From the IMG/VR virus record IMGVR_UViG_3300031628_000001, positions 1-64,000 of that record: 64,000 nt of DNA; one strand, written 5' to 3'. Source of the stretch: an uncultured virus (IMG/VR IMGVR_UViG_3300031628_000001) (lineage: Duplodnaviria > Heunggongvirae > Uroviricota > Caudoviricetes > Crassvirales). The notes below the pieces were generated by a model. The model did no database searches. It worked only from the letters and a program-made list of their open reading frames with translations, and was not told where the DNA came from. The position numbers and the translations under genes were made by a program. The stretch's first letter is position 1; every line of letters starts with the position of its first letter. Below, piece after piece: positions 16,598-28,200 of the stretch.

Positions 16598-19500
16598 CTA
16601 CTTGACATAAAAGTTTTTAATATTATCAAATGCTAACCATCTATTAATAGTATACCAACCTGGTATTACATCACCCCATTCTTTAGAAAGCTTTACTTTT
16701 CCTTTTCTAGTACCTCTTGTATAGTATAGACCAGAGTCTTTTTTCCAGTTTTCAAATTCTTGTCCTTCTTTAGACATATAAGCTGGTAAATGTGGTATCC
16801 AACCTAGTGTCTCCATAAATGCTCCACTAAATTCTCCAACTAATCTTGTTGAAGATATTGGACCATCAAGCATTTGCATTTGTTCTGCTCCACCAAAGAC
16901 AGGTAAATAAAGTACTAATTCTTTTTGTAGTCTATTCATTTGGTAGATTAGTGCATTCTCTAATCTTTTTCTAGTAGCTGATTTTTTAGAGTCATCATCA
17001 TCTTCATCCCAATCTTTCAGTAATGAATTTAATGACACTACTGTCATGAATATTGCTAGTTCCCCAAGTGTTCTATGTACATTTTTTAATTTAACTAAAC
17101 CATCTTTACCATTAAAGGCTTTATAGTTACTTTGAAGTTTTCCTATTTGAGTTAGGTTCCGTGTTGAGTATGCTAAAAAATTCAACATGGACCTATATCT
17201 TCCTTCTACAAATCCTAAGTTTTCATCAAAGTACTCTGCTCTAAACCTAGCCTTAATAGCTGGGGCAATCCACTTATGAAATTGTGCAGCAAGTTGTCCA
17301 ATAGTATGTGCTTGTATAACCATTCTATCTTCTCTAGCATAATTACCATGGATTTGCTTATTTACCTCACGTATATAATTTCTAATCTCATATCTAACAT
17401 CATCATTGAAAACTTTTCTCTTACCATTCTTAAGTGTGATATGAGTAAAGCCATCTTTAAGGTCCATAGTACCTGAGGTATTATTCCATTGCATAGCATC
17501 ATACAAACTCATAGTCTCTCTACCACCCTCTCCTTCAGCTTTACCATTGTCTACCTGAAGAGTATAAAGAATGGCCAGACCAGTTTTAGTTTGTACATTG
17601 TATTCAAAAGCATCATTCAAAGAATAACCTACAGACTCTACTATTCTCATTGCTCTTCCTTCTACACCTGGAGTCTTTACAGTTTCACGTATATCTGTTT
17701 TATCATCTAACATTCTAAACCAATCAACAGCTCCCTCAAATTTACTAATAGGAATGTACTTCTTATATTTACCTTTACCAAATGCACCATTATAATTATG
17801 AGCCCATTTATTAAACATGTCAGTAGACATTCTTTTATTAAACTCTAATGTAGCTAAAGCATAAGCACCTCTATCAAAGTATAATGCACCTGCAGCCTCA
17901 ATACCATTATTAACTCTACCCATCACAAAGTTATTAATATTACCAAAGACATTAAAACCTACATATCCTAATGATGAAAAAGATACAATCTTGGCAGCCA
18001 GTTTATCATACCATTCAAGACTTCTCTTTTCATTATCATAGAAAGTCATACTCATATACTTACGTGCTCTCTGTAATATTTTGGCATCACCCCTTGAACT
18101 TCCTGTACCTCTTATACCTACCTTTTCTAATTTAGCATTAACACCCTTACCTATTCTAGAAAATACCCCATACTCTTTTGGATCATATTTTCTTTTAGCC
18201 ATAGTAGTCATTATAGCTTTAAAAGTATCTTCAACTATTCCAAGACTTTCATAATTTTGTGCCATCCCCGCAAATCTTAAAAGATTATCAGTCATGTCTG
18301 TACTCATCTGACTTCTAGTAGGTTGATCTTGTAATCTTGTTCTATTGAGTCTCAGTTGACTTAGAGCAGAATCAATTTCTTGTAATTCTTCAGCAGTCTT
18401 TGCTGTACTTCTAAGTTTTACTTTGCTAGCTATTTCATCTTGTATCTTTACAAGTTCAGCTTCTGTTCTAGGTTGACCTACATAAAAAATAGGCAATGTA
18501 TCTTCAACAAAATTACCAAATTCATCAAATGCAACTATCTCTTGTTTTGTAGTTGTATTAAAGAAATTCTGGAATCCTGTTTGAGTCTTTGCCCAAAAAC
18601 CTTGGATAAATTCAGGTTTAGTTTCTAACTCCTTTTGAAATCTATCCTTAACAACTGGACTTCTACCAAGCATCATTGACCCAATATTTTTAGGTAGTTT
18701 AGGTAACAACTCATCTTCATATACTCTTCTAAACATTAAGTAAAATTGTTTCTCTGCACTCTGTAAAGAATTCTGAGGATCCATAATACTTAAATACTTA
18801 CTATCTCTCATTTCTTCTCCTGATGCAGATATTTCTCTCTTCTCTACATTGTCTTTTTTGATTACTGTCATAGTATCTAACTTAACCATACCAGTAAAAT
18901 CACCATAGGCATCTTTACTTTTCTTGTAGTACTCTATTGTATCATAGTACTTACCTTTAAAGTTCTCTACTTCTAAATCTGATATACCATTTTTTCTAAC
19001 CCACTGCTGTATAGATCTTCTATACTCCATTACTTTATTTCTAGCAGTTTTAAACTCCTCTGTCAATTTATGAAATTCACCGTCTGAATAACCTTGCTTA
19101 CTAGTCTTTTCAGGATTCATAAACTTTGAATACTCTACTTTTGCTTTAGCAAGTTTCTGATTATGCTCTATATCACTTGCTGTATAATCTTCAAGGTTTG
19201 TTTTTTCTATATATCTCAACGGGGTTCCGTCAGTATCACTTAAATTTTTAGATAATTGATCTAACTTACTGTAGTACTGATAACCAATTTTCTTAACATA
19301 TCTCCCTGTCCATATCCCATCCTCATCAAAAACTTGCATAAACTTATAGTCAACTTTATTACCTAAAGTTTCCATCATTAAGTTATTTGCAGAATTTCTT
19401 ATATCATCACTAATATCCTCAACCTTATCAAGCATCTTTTGTTTTGTAGCCTTAAATTCTTTAGCCATAAGAGCTGATAACATATCAGCAGAAGTGTCAA

Positions 19501-22210
19501 GATCTCCTGTTAAATGTTCTAGCATGCCAATATCCTCAGTATGTTTAGACATAGCTCTTACATCATCCTCTGTCATATCATCTCTATTAGTTTTATCCAA
19601 AGACCATGCAACTACATAATTTTCTAAAGCACTATCAAGTATACCTGGTAGTTTATCTCCTGCATCATTTTGCTTTTCACCTACAAGTGCATTAAGACCT
19701 GTCTGTAATAATTCTTTATATTGTAATTGAGTCTTGTTTAAACCATCAGCATTAGATATATCAACTAATCCACGGTATGTTTCAACAAACTTTTTCCAAT
19801 ATAGTACATGTTTGATATACTCAGGACTTTTAAAATTCTCTTTAGTTCCTAAGTATTCAGTAACATCCTTGATCTTTTTTATACCATCTCTTAGTAACTC
19901 AGTAAACACTACATCTGCTGTACCTCTCAACATTGATACATTGATAGCAGAAACAGTTTGTTGTAGTTCATCTAAGTATTCTGTTTGAGACATATTAAAT
20001 AAAGTACTACTCTTTAACTTTTCAATTGCAGATTTTCTTGTTATAACATTTTTCTTAAATTCTTTTACAACGTCAAACATTGAACTATATGCAGCATTTG
20101 AAGGGGCGTCACTTTGAGGAGCTTGTTCTTGTGGTTGATCATTTATAATATCAGCTGGTGAAAATATTCCTGCACTCTCAAGAGCACCTTCTAAAGCTTT
20201 TTCTGAAGACTCATTAACTCTATAAGGAACTATCTGATCTACATATGTTTTACTCTGTGTAGCTGGATGAAACTTTGTACCATCTAGTTTGAACTCACCT
20301 GTGAACTTTTGATTCTTACCTTTACCTTCTATACCAACTAGTACATGAAATGTTTGTGACTCAGGGGTTACTGTATACCCCATGTTTTCTAGCATTCTTC
20401 TATATAGATTTGTCTGTATAGAATGTTGTTGGCTAGTTGTAAATACTTTCTTACCAGGATCTTTTGGATCAAAAAATACACTACCTTCACTAACAGGATA
20501 GACCATATCAGTATAACCAAAAGAGTCACTTGAGTTTTTACTTGACTTTAAATCTATAATTGTAAGACTTCCATCAGGATGAATACGTAATAGATCAATC
20601 ATTCCTGCTATTTTACTCTCTCTATCTGATACTATTATCTGTGGTATTAATACACTACCATCTGCTTCCATACCAAATGTATAATTTTGCAAAGCTTCAT
20701 ATGCTCTTTTGGCTACATCCTCAGCTAATACATCTAACTTAGGCATTTCTTCAAGAGGTATATTCATTGTAATGCTTTCAAGTATAGTGTCAAAATCATT
20801 ACCTATTAATCTATTTAATTCATATGCACCTTCTGTATCAGTAAGTGGACCTTTGATTGCTGTAGTTGATGACTTATATGTAATGCTTGAATCAGATAGG
20901 TTTACATATGTATGTGTATCTCTTTCCAGTATAACGTTATCCGTAGTCAATTGATTTACTTCAAAGTCTAAATTTGTAACAATATTAAAGAAGTTGTCTA
21001 TAATAGCTTTCTGAACATCATTACTCTTACCCTTTACGTAATCTACAACTCTTTTAGATTCTGGATCCAATGAGTATCTAACTTGCTCATCAACCTTTGT
21101 ATTTAAAAGTATCTGCAGTTGATCTGTGTTTAGCAACTTAGCAATATCTGTTAGGTTTGATGTAGGTTTTAAAACATCTACAGTTATTCTTAACTTATCA
21201 CCTACAATATAGTCAGACACCTTACCAACTAAATCTAAAAACCATTTTAATAAATCTACTATGTTTGATTTCCAATTTTCTGTAGGAGCTTCTTGATATT
21301 CTTTTTTAAAGTGTAATGCTAATGATTGGGTTACTAATTCTAAGTCCCTATCTGTTTGACTAAACCCTCTTGATACAATATATGAGTCAGCAATCTCTTG
21401 ATTAAGTAAAGGGAACATCTTCTTTGCTTCAGTTAACAGACTCTTATATAACTTATTGTTATCCTGCTTTATAGCAGATATAAAAGGATGTAACATTTCT
21501 TCTACTGCAATCTCTGAAGTTACTTTGTTTTCAATTAACTTAACTACACCACCTTGGTAATATGCGTTAATTAAATTGAAAGGTACTTTAGCTCTCTTAG
21601 AAGCAGGTAATAGATTATAGTATTCTTCTGCTTCTTTATTTGAAACAATATCTACTTGTACATTAGGGAATGTAGATTTCAATTGATTGATTATGCTAAT
21701 TACATTAGTCTTACTAGTATCTATAGTATCTTTTAACTCATCTAAATTTTTAAGAAGGTTTTCATTTATATCAACTGTAAATGATTCAAAGTATCCTGGC
21801 TCAGTAGAAACTATATTGTTAGATATGTTCTTAAAAGTTACAGCTTCAATAGGTATTCTATTATGTTGTAGTACTTTTAATATAGTCTGATAGTTTCTGT
21901 TTAATATAGTAGGGCTATATGTTCTTGTAATTGGATTACTATGATTAACTTTGTATTGACCATAGTGATTATTAACTAATTTCATTCTGCTCAAATTTGA
22001 TAATATAGATTTCTTATATCCTCTTTTCTTTATAGATAACATTGTTTGTCTTCTCTTTAGCATAGTCTCAACATTAGCTACTGAAGGAATCTGATCTGAT
22101 TTAGAAGTACGTTGATATGCATCAATGTAACCGTCAATCTTTAATGAGCTTTTAAATTTCTTTTCTAAAGCTTTATACTGTGGAGTATTTTTGTTATAAC
22201 AAGTTGCCAT
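16598..22210 (-). CDS. large virion cargo protein with PD-(D/E)xK nuclease-like and degenerate zincin-like domains, 1870 aa
   Basis: AGMIDLL...IIDLKS...QTNLY; AVEEMLHPF; lies directly downstream of the vRNAP, as in crAss-like cargo operons. Confidence 0.65.
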   Translation of the reverse strand: MATCYNKNTPQYKALEKKFKSSLKIDGYIDAYQRTSKSDQIPSVANVETMLKRRQTMLSIKKRGYKKSILSNLSRMKLVNNHYGQYKVNHSNPITRTYSPTILNRNYQTILKVLQHNRIPIEAVTFKNISNNIVSTEPGYFESFTVDINENLLKNLDELKDTIDTSKTNVISIINQLKSTFPNVQVDIVSNKEAEEYYNLLPASKRAKVPFNLINAYYQGGVVKLIENKVTSEIAVEEMLHPFISAIKQDNNKLYKSLLTEAKKMFPLLNQEIADSYIVSRGFSQTDRDLELVTQSLALHFKKEYQEAPTENWKSNIVDLLKWFLDLVGKVSDYIVGDKLRITVDVLKPTSNLTDIAKLLNTDQLQILLNTKVDEQVRYSLDPESKRVVDYVKGKSNDVQKAIIDNFFNIVTNLDFEVNQLTTDNVILERDTHTYVNLSDSSITYKSSTTAIKGPLTDTEGAYELNRLIGNDFDTILESITMNIPLEEMPKLDVLAEDVAKRAYEALQNYTFGMEADGSVLIPQIIVSDRESKIAGMIDLLRIHPDGSLTIIDLKSSKNSSDSFGYTDMVYPVSEGSVFFDPKDPGKKVFTTSQQHSIQTNLYRRMLENMGYTVTPESQTFHVLVGIEGKGKNQKFTGEFKLDGTKFHPATQSKTYVDQIVPYRVNESSEKALEGALESAGIFSPADIINDQPQEQAPQSDAPSNAAYSSMFDVVKEFKKNVITRKSAIEKLKSSTLFNMSQTEYLDELQQTVSAINVSMLRGTADVVFTELLRDGIKKIKDVTEYLGTKENFKSPEYIKHVLYWKKFVETYRGLVDISNADGLNKTQLQYKELLQTGLNALVGEKQNDAGDKLPGILDSALENYVVAWSLDKTNRDDMTEDDVRAMSKHTEDIGMLEHLTGDLDTSADMLSALMAKEFKATKQKMLDKVEDISDDIRNSANNLMMETLGNKVDYKFMQVFDEDGIWTGRYVKKIGYQYYSKLDQLSKNLSDTDGTPLRYIEKTNLEDYTASDIEHNQKLAKAKVEYSKFMNPEKTSKQGYSDGEFHKLTEEFKTARNKVMEYRRSIQQWVRKNGISDLEVENFKGKYYDTIEYYKKSKDAYGDFTGMVKLDTMTVIKKDNVEKREISASGEEMRDSKYLSIMDPQNSLQSAEKQFYLMFRRVYEDELLPKLPKNIGSMMLGRSPVVKDRFQKELETKPEFIQGFWAKTQTGFQNFFNTTTKQEIVAFDEFGNFVEDTLPIFYVGQPRTEAELVKIQDEIASKVKLRSTAKTAEELQEIDSALSQLRLNRTRLQDQPTRSQMSTDMTDNLLRFAGMAQNYESLGIVEDTFKAIMTTMAKRKYDPKEYGVFSRIGKGVNAKLEKVGIRGTGSSRGDAKILQRARKYMSMTFYDNEKRSLEWYDKLAAKIVSFSSLGYVGFNVFGNINNFVMGRVNNGIEAAGALYFDRGAYALATLEFNKRMSTDMFNKWAHNYNGAFGKGKYKKYIPISKFEGAVDWFRMLDDKTDIRETVKTPGVEGRAMRIVESVGYSLNDAFEYNVQTKTGLAILYTLQVDNGKAEGEGGRETMSLYDAMQWNNTSGTMDLKDGFTHITLKNGKRKVFNDDVRYEIRNYIREVNKQIHGNYAREDRMVIQAHTIGQLAAQFHKWIAPAIKARFRAEYFDENLGFVEGRYRSMLNFLAYSTRNLTQIGKLQSNYKAFNGKDGLVKLKNVHRTLGELAIFMTVVSLNSLLKDWDEDDDDSKKSATRKRLENALIYQMNRLQKELVLYLPVFGGAEQMQMLDGPISSTRLVGEFSGAFMETLGWIPHLPAYMSKEGQEFENWKKDSGLYYTRGTRKGKVKLSKEWGDVIPGWYTINRWLAFDNIKNFYVK

Positions 22211-22212
22211 AT

Positions 22213-25200
22213 CTATTTACAATTTTCTATTATTTCTATAAATCTTTCTGCTGTGCCGTCAAAGGTATCAAATTCATTTAATATACCATCAATACCAGAT
22301 CTCTTTGTATATTTTTGTGCTCCATACTTATCTGTTTTAATATCTGCCCACCAATCTCTTACAGTTGCTATTTCTACATCTGACTTACTAGACTCCTTAC
22401 TTGGTTCTACACTTAGCTGAGACATTAGTAACTGAGTACTTGCTATAGCTGCATCAGAAATCTCTTTAGGCATACTATCCACAGTGTAATTAAACTCAGG
22501 TTCAATAATTGTAGGTTCATTGTTTATGTTTGTACCATCTATCTTTACAGACTTGTTAGTATTACTAACAGAAGCTCCAGAATTAGTAGCTTGATTATAA
22601 AGATCTTGCATTGCAGCAGCGTCCATATTACCAAATGATTTAATATCTTCTTCAATCTGATCTAAATTTAAACTATTAATAAGCCCATCCATAGGATCTG
22701 ATTTATACTTATCTCTTAGTGACTTGTATGTAGGAACTTCTCCTAATGCAAAACTAACTGGAGTAACTTGATTTGAACCAACTAATTCTACAGGAACATA
22801 TACTGCCTGGTAACCTTTAGCTACAAGTTCTTCACCATCTAACATGTTCATAATATCACCAGACTTAGAAAATCTCTTTTCTCTATATGTTTGTTGTAAC
22901 TCAAAGTTCTTTACATATGTAGTCCCAAAGTCATCTTTGTATATATTTCTTACATATAATGGAAGAACTAATTCTAAAGCTTTTTCTCCTTTCTTTATAT
23001 TTTCAAATTTAAAACCCATTCCACCTAGTTGACCCATGTTCTTAGCAAGAGCTTTATATTGCTTACTCTTTTGATCTACAAATATAGATTTACCTTCTCG
23101 TTGGAATTTATACTTTTTACCTTTAATTACTTTTGTACCCTTCTGTTCTGTGAAAGATTTTACACCATTAAACATATTAACAATTAAGTTACCTTCTTTA
23201 TTTATATGTGCAGCTTGTGCTTCATCAGTAGTTATAGATTTTACCATAGGTAATAACCAACCATTTTGATTTGACTTAAGATAACCTTCTACAAAATCAT
23301 TAGCTAGCATCTCTGAAGATTTACCAAATACTAAGTTGTATGAAGAATCTGTTGCAGTTGTAGATTTCAATAATGTATGTCCTGCTGATATTGCATTCAA
23401 TACTCTATCAAACATAAACCCAGGTATAGCACTTAAGAAAGTGTTATTTTTAAATTGCATGCCATCTTTAACTAAAAGGTAATGCATAAGATCATAAGCG
23501 TGTGTTCTTAATGCTGGTTCACTATAGATCTCTGCAAAACTAGCTTGTAAGTCTACAACTTTAGAATCACTCATCTGTGTCCAGTTGTTTGCTTTAGCTC
23601 TATTAATACCAGCCTTATTAGTATCATTAGAAGCTAAGTCTAGATATATAAACTTCTCTATGAAGTAATTTTCTTTACCTTCTGCTTTGAAGTAATTCCT
23701 AACACTAGTTATAACATTATCTATAGTAACAGAGTTTTCTCCTCCAAGATCATCATATATTAAACCGTTCTGTAATGAACCTAATTTCTCTGCACCATCT
23801 GGAGAATTAAGTAAGAACTGCTTGTATGAAGTCATAGTTAAATAACTAAGTACATCCTTCTCAATAATATTTACTCTTCTCTCATCTACTAGCATATTAT
23901 TACTTATCATATTTGCAACCACTGCTTCTTTCATTTTAACAAACTCAGCAGTACGTGTTATAAATACAGCAGGTAATAAATCTTCTGTGAATTCTTTAAA
24001 TATATTATAGTAAGTTGCACGGAAATCATTACCTTCAAATATTGGTCTTACATCAATAGGAATTGCAACTCCGTCTTTATCTTTAAGTTTCTTAAATTCT
24101 GAGTCAGATAATCCTACACCAAGTTCTTTAAAGTCATTAGCAGCTTTATCTATATCTTGAGTGCTTCTACCAAACCCAGCAAGTAAATCCACAAGTGATC
24201 CTAATTTACCTGTATAGTCTGTCAATCTACGTGCATTAACAAATTGTTTAATTACTGAGTATTCAAGAGAAGCTTCTTCATCAGTATATCCTTCAGGAGT
24301 TTGACCTGTCATATCTGTACCAAAACCTGAAGTTAAAGGAAGAGTTGGGTTAACCCAGTCATTCATTATAGCTCCAGTAAGTATAGCATCTGTTACAGGG
24401 ACAGTAGATATTTCATAATCATTATTTAAGAATGTTAATCTTTTCTTTAGTATAGATGATATACCAGGGTCCATTGGGGATACTTTATTTATTGCTAAGT
24501 CATATCCTAATTTAATAATAGGATTCTTAAGTAATAACATACTAGTCTTAATTGGTACACCTAATGAAGATAACGTTGTTACAACTGCAAGTGAATTCTT
24601 ATTTATACTTAATACATCAGCTAATCTCTCTTTAGCATTATCTGTCATCATTGTAATCAGAGATGATATAAGATACTGTGTTCTTACAGCTTTATCATTA
24701 CCCTTACCTTCAATAGAATACTTAGTTGCAAACTCACTAAATGTAGTACTATTAAATCTAATCTGAGGATTCAACTCTCTTCCTGCAGCAATATTACTCT
24801 GAACCTTAATACCATTCTCACCTAACATATTAAGAACAACATTTGGTCTTACAGCTGCACCAATACCTCCTTCACCAGTTTTAATACTATTCCAAGTCTC
24901 AAGAAGACCTAACATGTTATCAGGATCAATATCTTCAGGATTAGCAAAATCAGCTAACTCAGGAAACTCTTCTTTAAGATAATCTCTAATTTCATATAAA
25001 GGTTCTAGATCTGCTGGCTCATTTCCAATACCTATTTGTCTTCCGTCTTTAGGTTTAACAATCCCTTCATTACCAATCAAAGCAATCCTTTGATCAAGTA
25101 TATCATTGTTTATTGCTGCTTCATATGGTTCACCATTCTTCTCAAAATATGCTTTATATTCTTTTAATGTAACAGGAAGACCTAAACTTTGTAAAGCACC

Positions 25201-28200
25201 ATATAAATCTTCATTCTTATTGTACAGTTTTATCACTTGTTCATCTGTTATACTATCATTTATTTCTAATACATAAGATATAATTTTTGCACTATATGCT
25301 TCTTTAAATAAGCTTGCATTTACTTTTAATTCAGATGCTGTTTGTCTAGCTAAGTCATCTTGCAAATCTGCTGTTTCTTCCTCGTCTAGGAATGCTGAAT
25401 CATTTGTACTCCAATTAGTAACTGCGTCAGATACTGCTGTTCCTCTCTTATTTACTTGAGATAAAACATTTCTTATATATTCTGCATATCTTCCCTTATC
25501 TGTATTGCTTTTACCGTATTCATTAAATTTCCCTTTTGCATAATACCACTCTTTAATATGCATGAATAATTTATCAATATCAAAATCCGCTCCTGATATT
25601 TCAATTAACTCATCAGAGAACATTGCAGAGGATCCATAATAGACAGGTAAGAAATCTACAAGTCTTAAACTCATAGCAGAATGTTTATCTTGTGAAGGGA
25701 TACGTATACCCAAAGCTTCTGCAATTTCAATAGGAATTATGTCCCCAGGTTTAAGATTCTTATAAACTTCTCTATGATGTGCTGCCATCATAAATTCACT
25801 ATAGTACTCTTTCGTTATTGGATCATATACATTATGTTGTAACTTCTGTAGTATTACATCTCCTACTTTAAGACCTACCCATTTACCTGGTTCATTATCA
25901 ATTTCAATAAACTTATCAGCTATTTCTGGTTTAGTCTTCATTTCTTTAAACTCATCCATTCTTATAACCTGAGTTCTTAAAGGTTGACCATTTTCATCTA
26001 ACTCTAAAACTTTCCTCATAGGTTTTGCTCCATGACTAGAAACTAATGCTGCTGTAATCTCAGCTTGTTTACCAGCAAGAACACCTTTACTAAAGTAACC
26101 TAAGAATAACTCTTGGAACTTATCTATTGTAATGGGATTATTTAAATTAAACTTAGGGTTACCTACTTCATCAAAGGAGAAGAACTCTAACATTTGTGTT
26201 TTAGACTTTGAAGCTTCAAGTCCAGATATAGCATAACGTAAGAATGATCTAAGGTTAACTGTTACTTTATTAATATCTACACTCTTCCCTATCTCATCTA
26301 AAGCAGTTCCTAAATTAAACACAAGATTTCTTTTGTTTCTATATCTTAATGTAACTTGATCAGAAACAGATTTATGATATGCTTCTTTTATTTTCTTTAT
26401 AGAAATTGGTACACCACCTATAACTACTTCTATATTATCAGTTTGTTCAGTTGTAGCTAGTTGCTTCATCTGACGTGGATCAATTCCCTCTAGCTTGTTT
26501 GATGGATTAATAACTTGAAGTCTCATCCATTTAGGATTTAATCCTTGTGTTATACTCCTGTGTGATCCATTTACATCTTTATAATCTTCCTGTATCTCAA
26601 GTATAGATTTAGAACCATACATTTCTTTTGCAGTGATTACATTCTTCTTCATCATTTTAGAACCTGATGTTGGTATAGCAAGTGATACTTTTTGAGTACC
26701 TTTTTCAGCAGCTTCAAGCTTTACTCTTAAATTATGAAGCTCTTCCATTTGTGGAAGTGCAACCCATTCTCCAAATTTGTTTTTGTATGACGTAAGACCT
26801 TTACTTAACATAAAGAATGACATCTTAGCAAATACATTACCATCACCATAAACAAACTTCTTAGAGTTTATTATAGCATTAAGTTTTATATAACCTTCAG
26901 TACCTAACTTCACATCACCCCACATATCCTCAGCAGTAATCACATCACCTCTTTCTATTCTATCTAATAGATCTGATTGTGCTGGAGATAGTTTACCTAC
27001 ACCAAACCAAAGGTGTCTAAATGATTTAACTGTACCAACCATTTGTGCATCTGTTGATTCAATCGTACCATTTGAAAATCTCTTCTGAACTTTTGGATCA
27101 TGATAAGTAAATAAACTAATACTATTATCAGCCATGAATGTATGATTAATACCAAGCTTAGGTGCTACTATAGCTGAGGCTGCACTAGGTCCTGATGCAT
27201 TTTGCATTTTAGCCCTTTTAGTTTCAGCAGTAAAGTTTTCAAATAGTAAAGCATGATCACCTAATAGTAAATCATTAAAGGATCTTGCATTTACATAACC
27301 ATGCATGAATATTTGAGCAAGATTATAATCTAGATCATTCTCTTTAAGATTATATAGTGTCATTGCTTTTCTTCCCTCATTTGTAACTTTATGATAAGCT
27401 TTACCTTTTTTACCTTTTTCAGGTCTAACTATCATACCTAAACCTTCAGTAAGTTCACTACTAAGTTTAGCAGTAGCTTTAGTGTTAGTAAGCAAACGTC
27501 TGAAGTCAAAGAAATCTGTAAGCATTCTTTCTTCTATTATTCCTTTTAACTTATCTTTACCTATTCTATCTACTGCCTGATCAAAGGTTAACCCTTCTTT
27601 AGCAGCATTAATTAAAGTCTCTTCCACAAATGTGTCTGACTCAAAGTATTCTACCTTCTGTTCTGCACCTTCTACAGTTTCAGTTTCTTCAACACCTATC
27701 TCTATATTTGCTTCTCCTAATGGGATAAACTCATATGCATATTGTTGTATTGTACCATTAAAGAATCTAGCATCATCACCTCTTTGGAAGTAATAAGTTA
27801 CATCCCCTAACTTAGCAGTGTTCTGTTTCTTCTTACCAGCAAAAGGTTTAGTGCTCTTAGCTTCACCAAGATTTGTTAAATACTCATCTAAGTTGATGTT
27901 ATCTACAGATACAAGGCCTTTATTCTTTAGTATAAATGATTCAAACTTTGTTTCACCTTCAACTTTATAGTCAATTGATATAGGTGATTCTTGTCCTGAA
28001 TCTAAACCAATCTTTCCAAGAGCCTTTCCACCCCTTAATATTATTCTTTGTTCTCCTATTGCAATATCTGCTCTTGTCTTTTCAGACATCAGAGGTGTTT
28101 TAATACCACCTAATACTTTAATCTTAGATTTTCTTGAAGTAATAAATCCTCTTGATCTTACAAACCTCTTTCCTCTTTGACCTGTTTGTACTCCTTTCTT

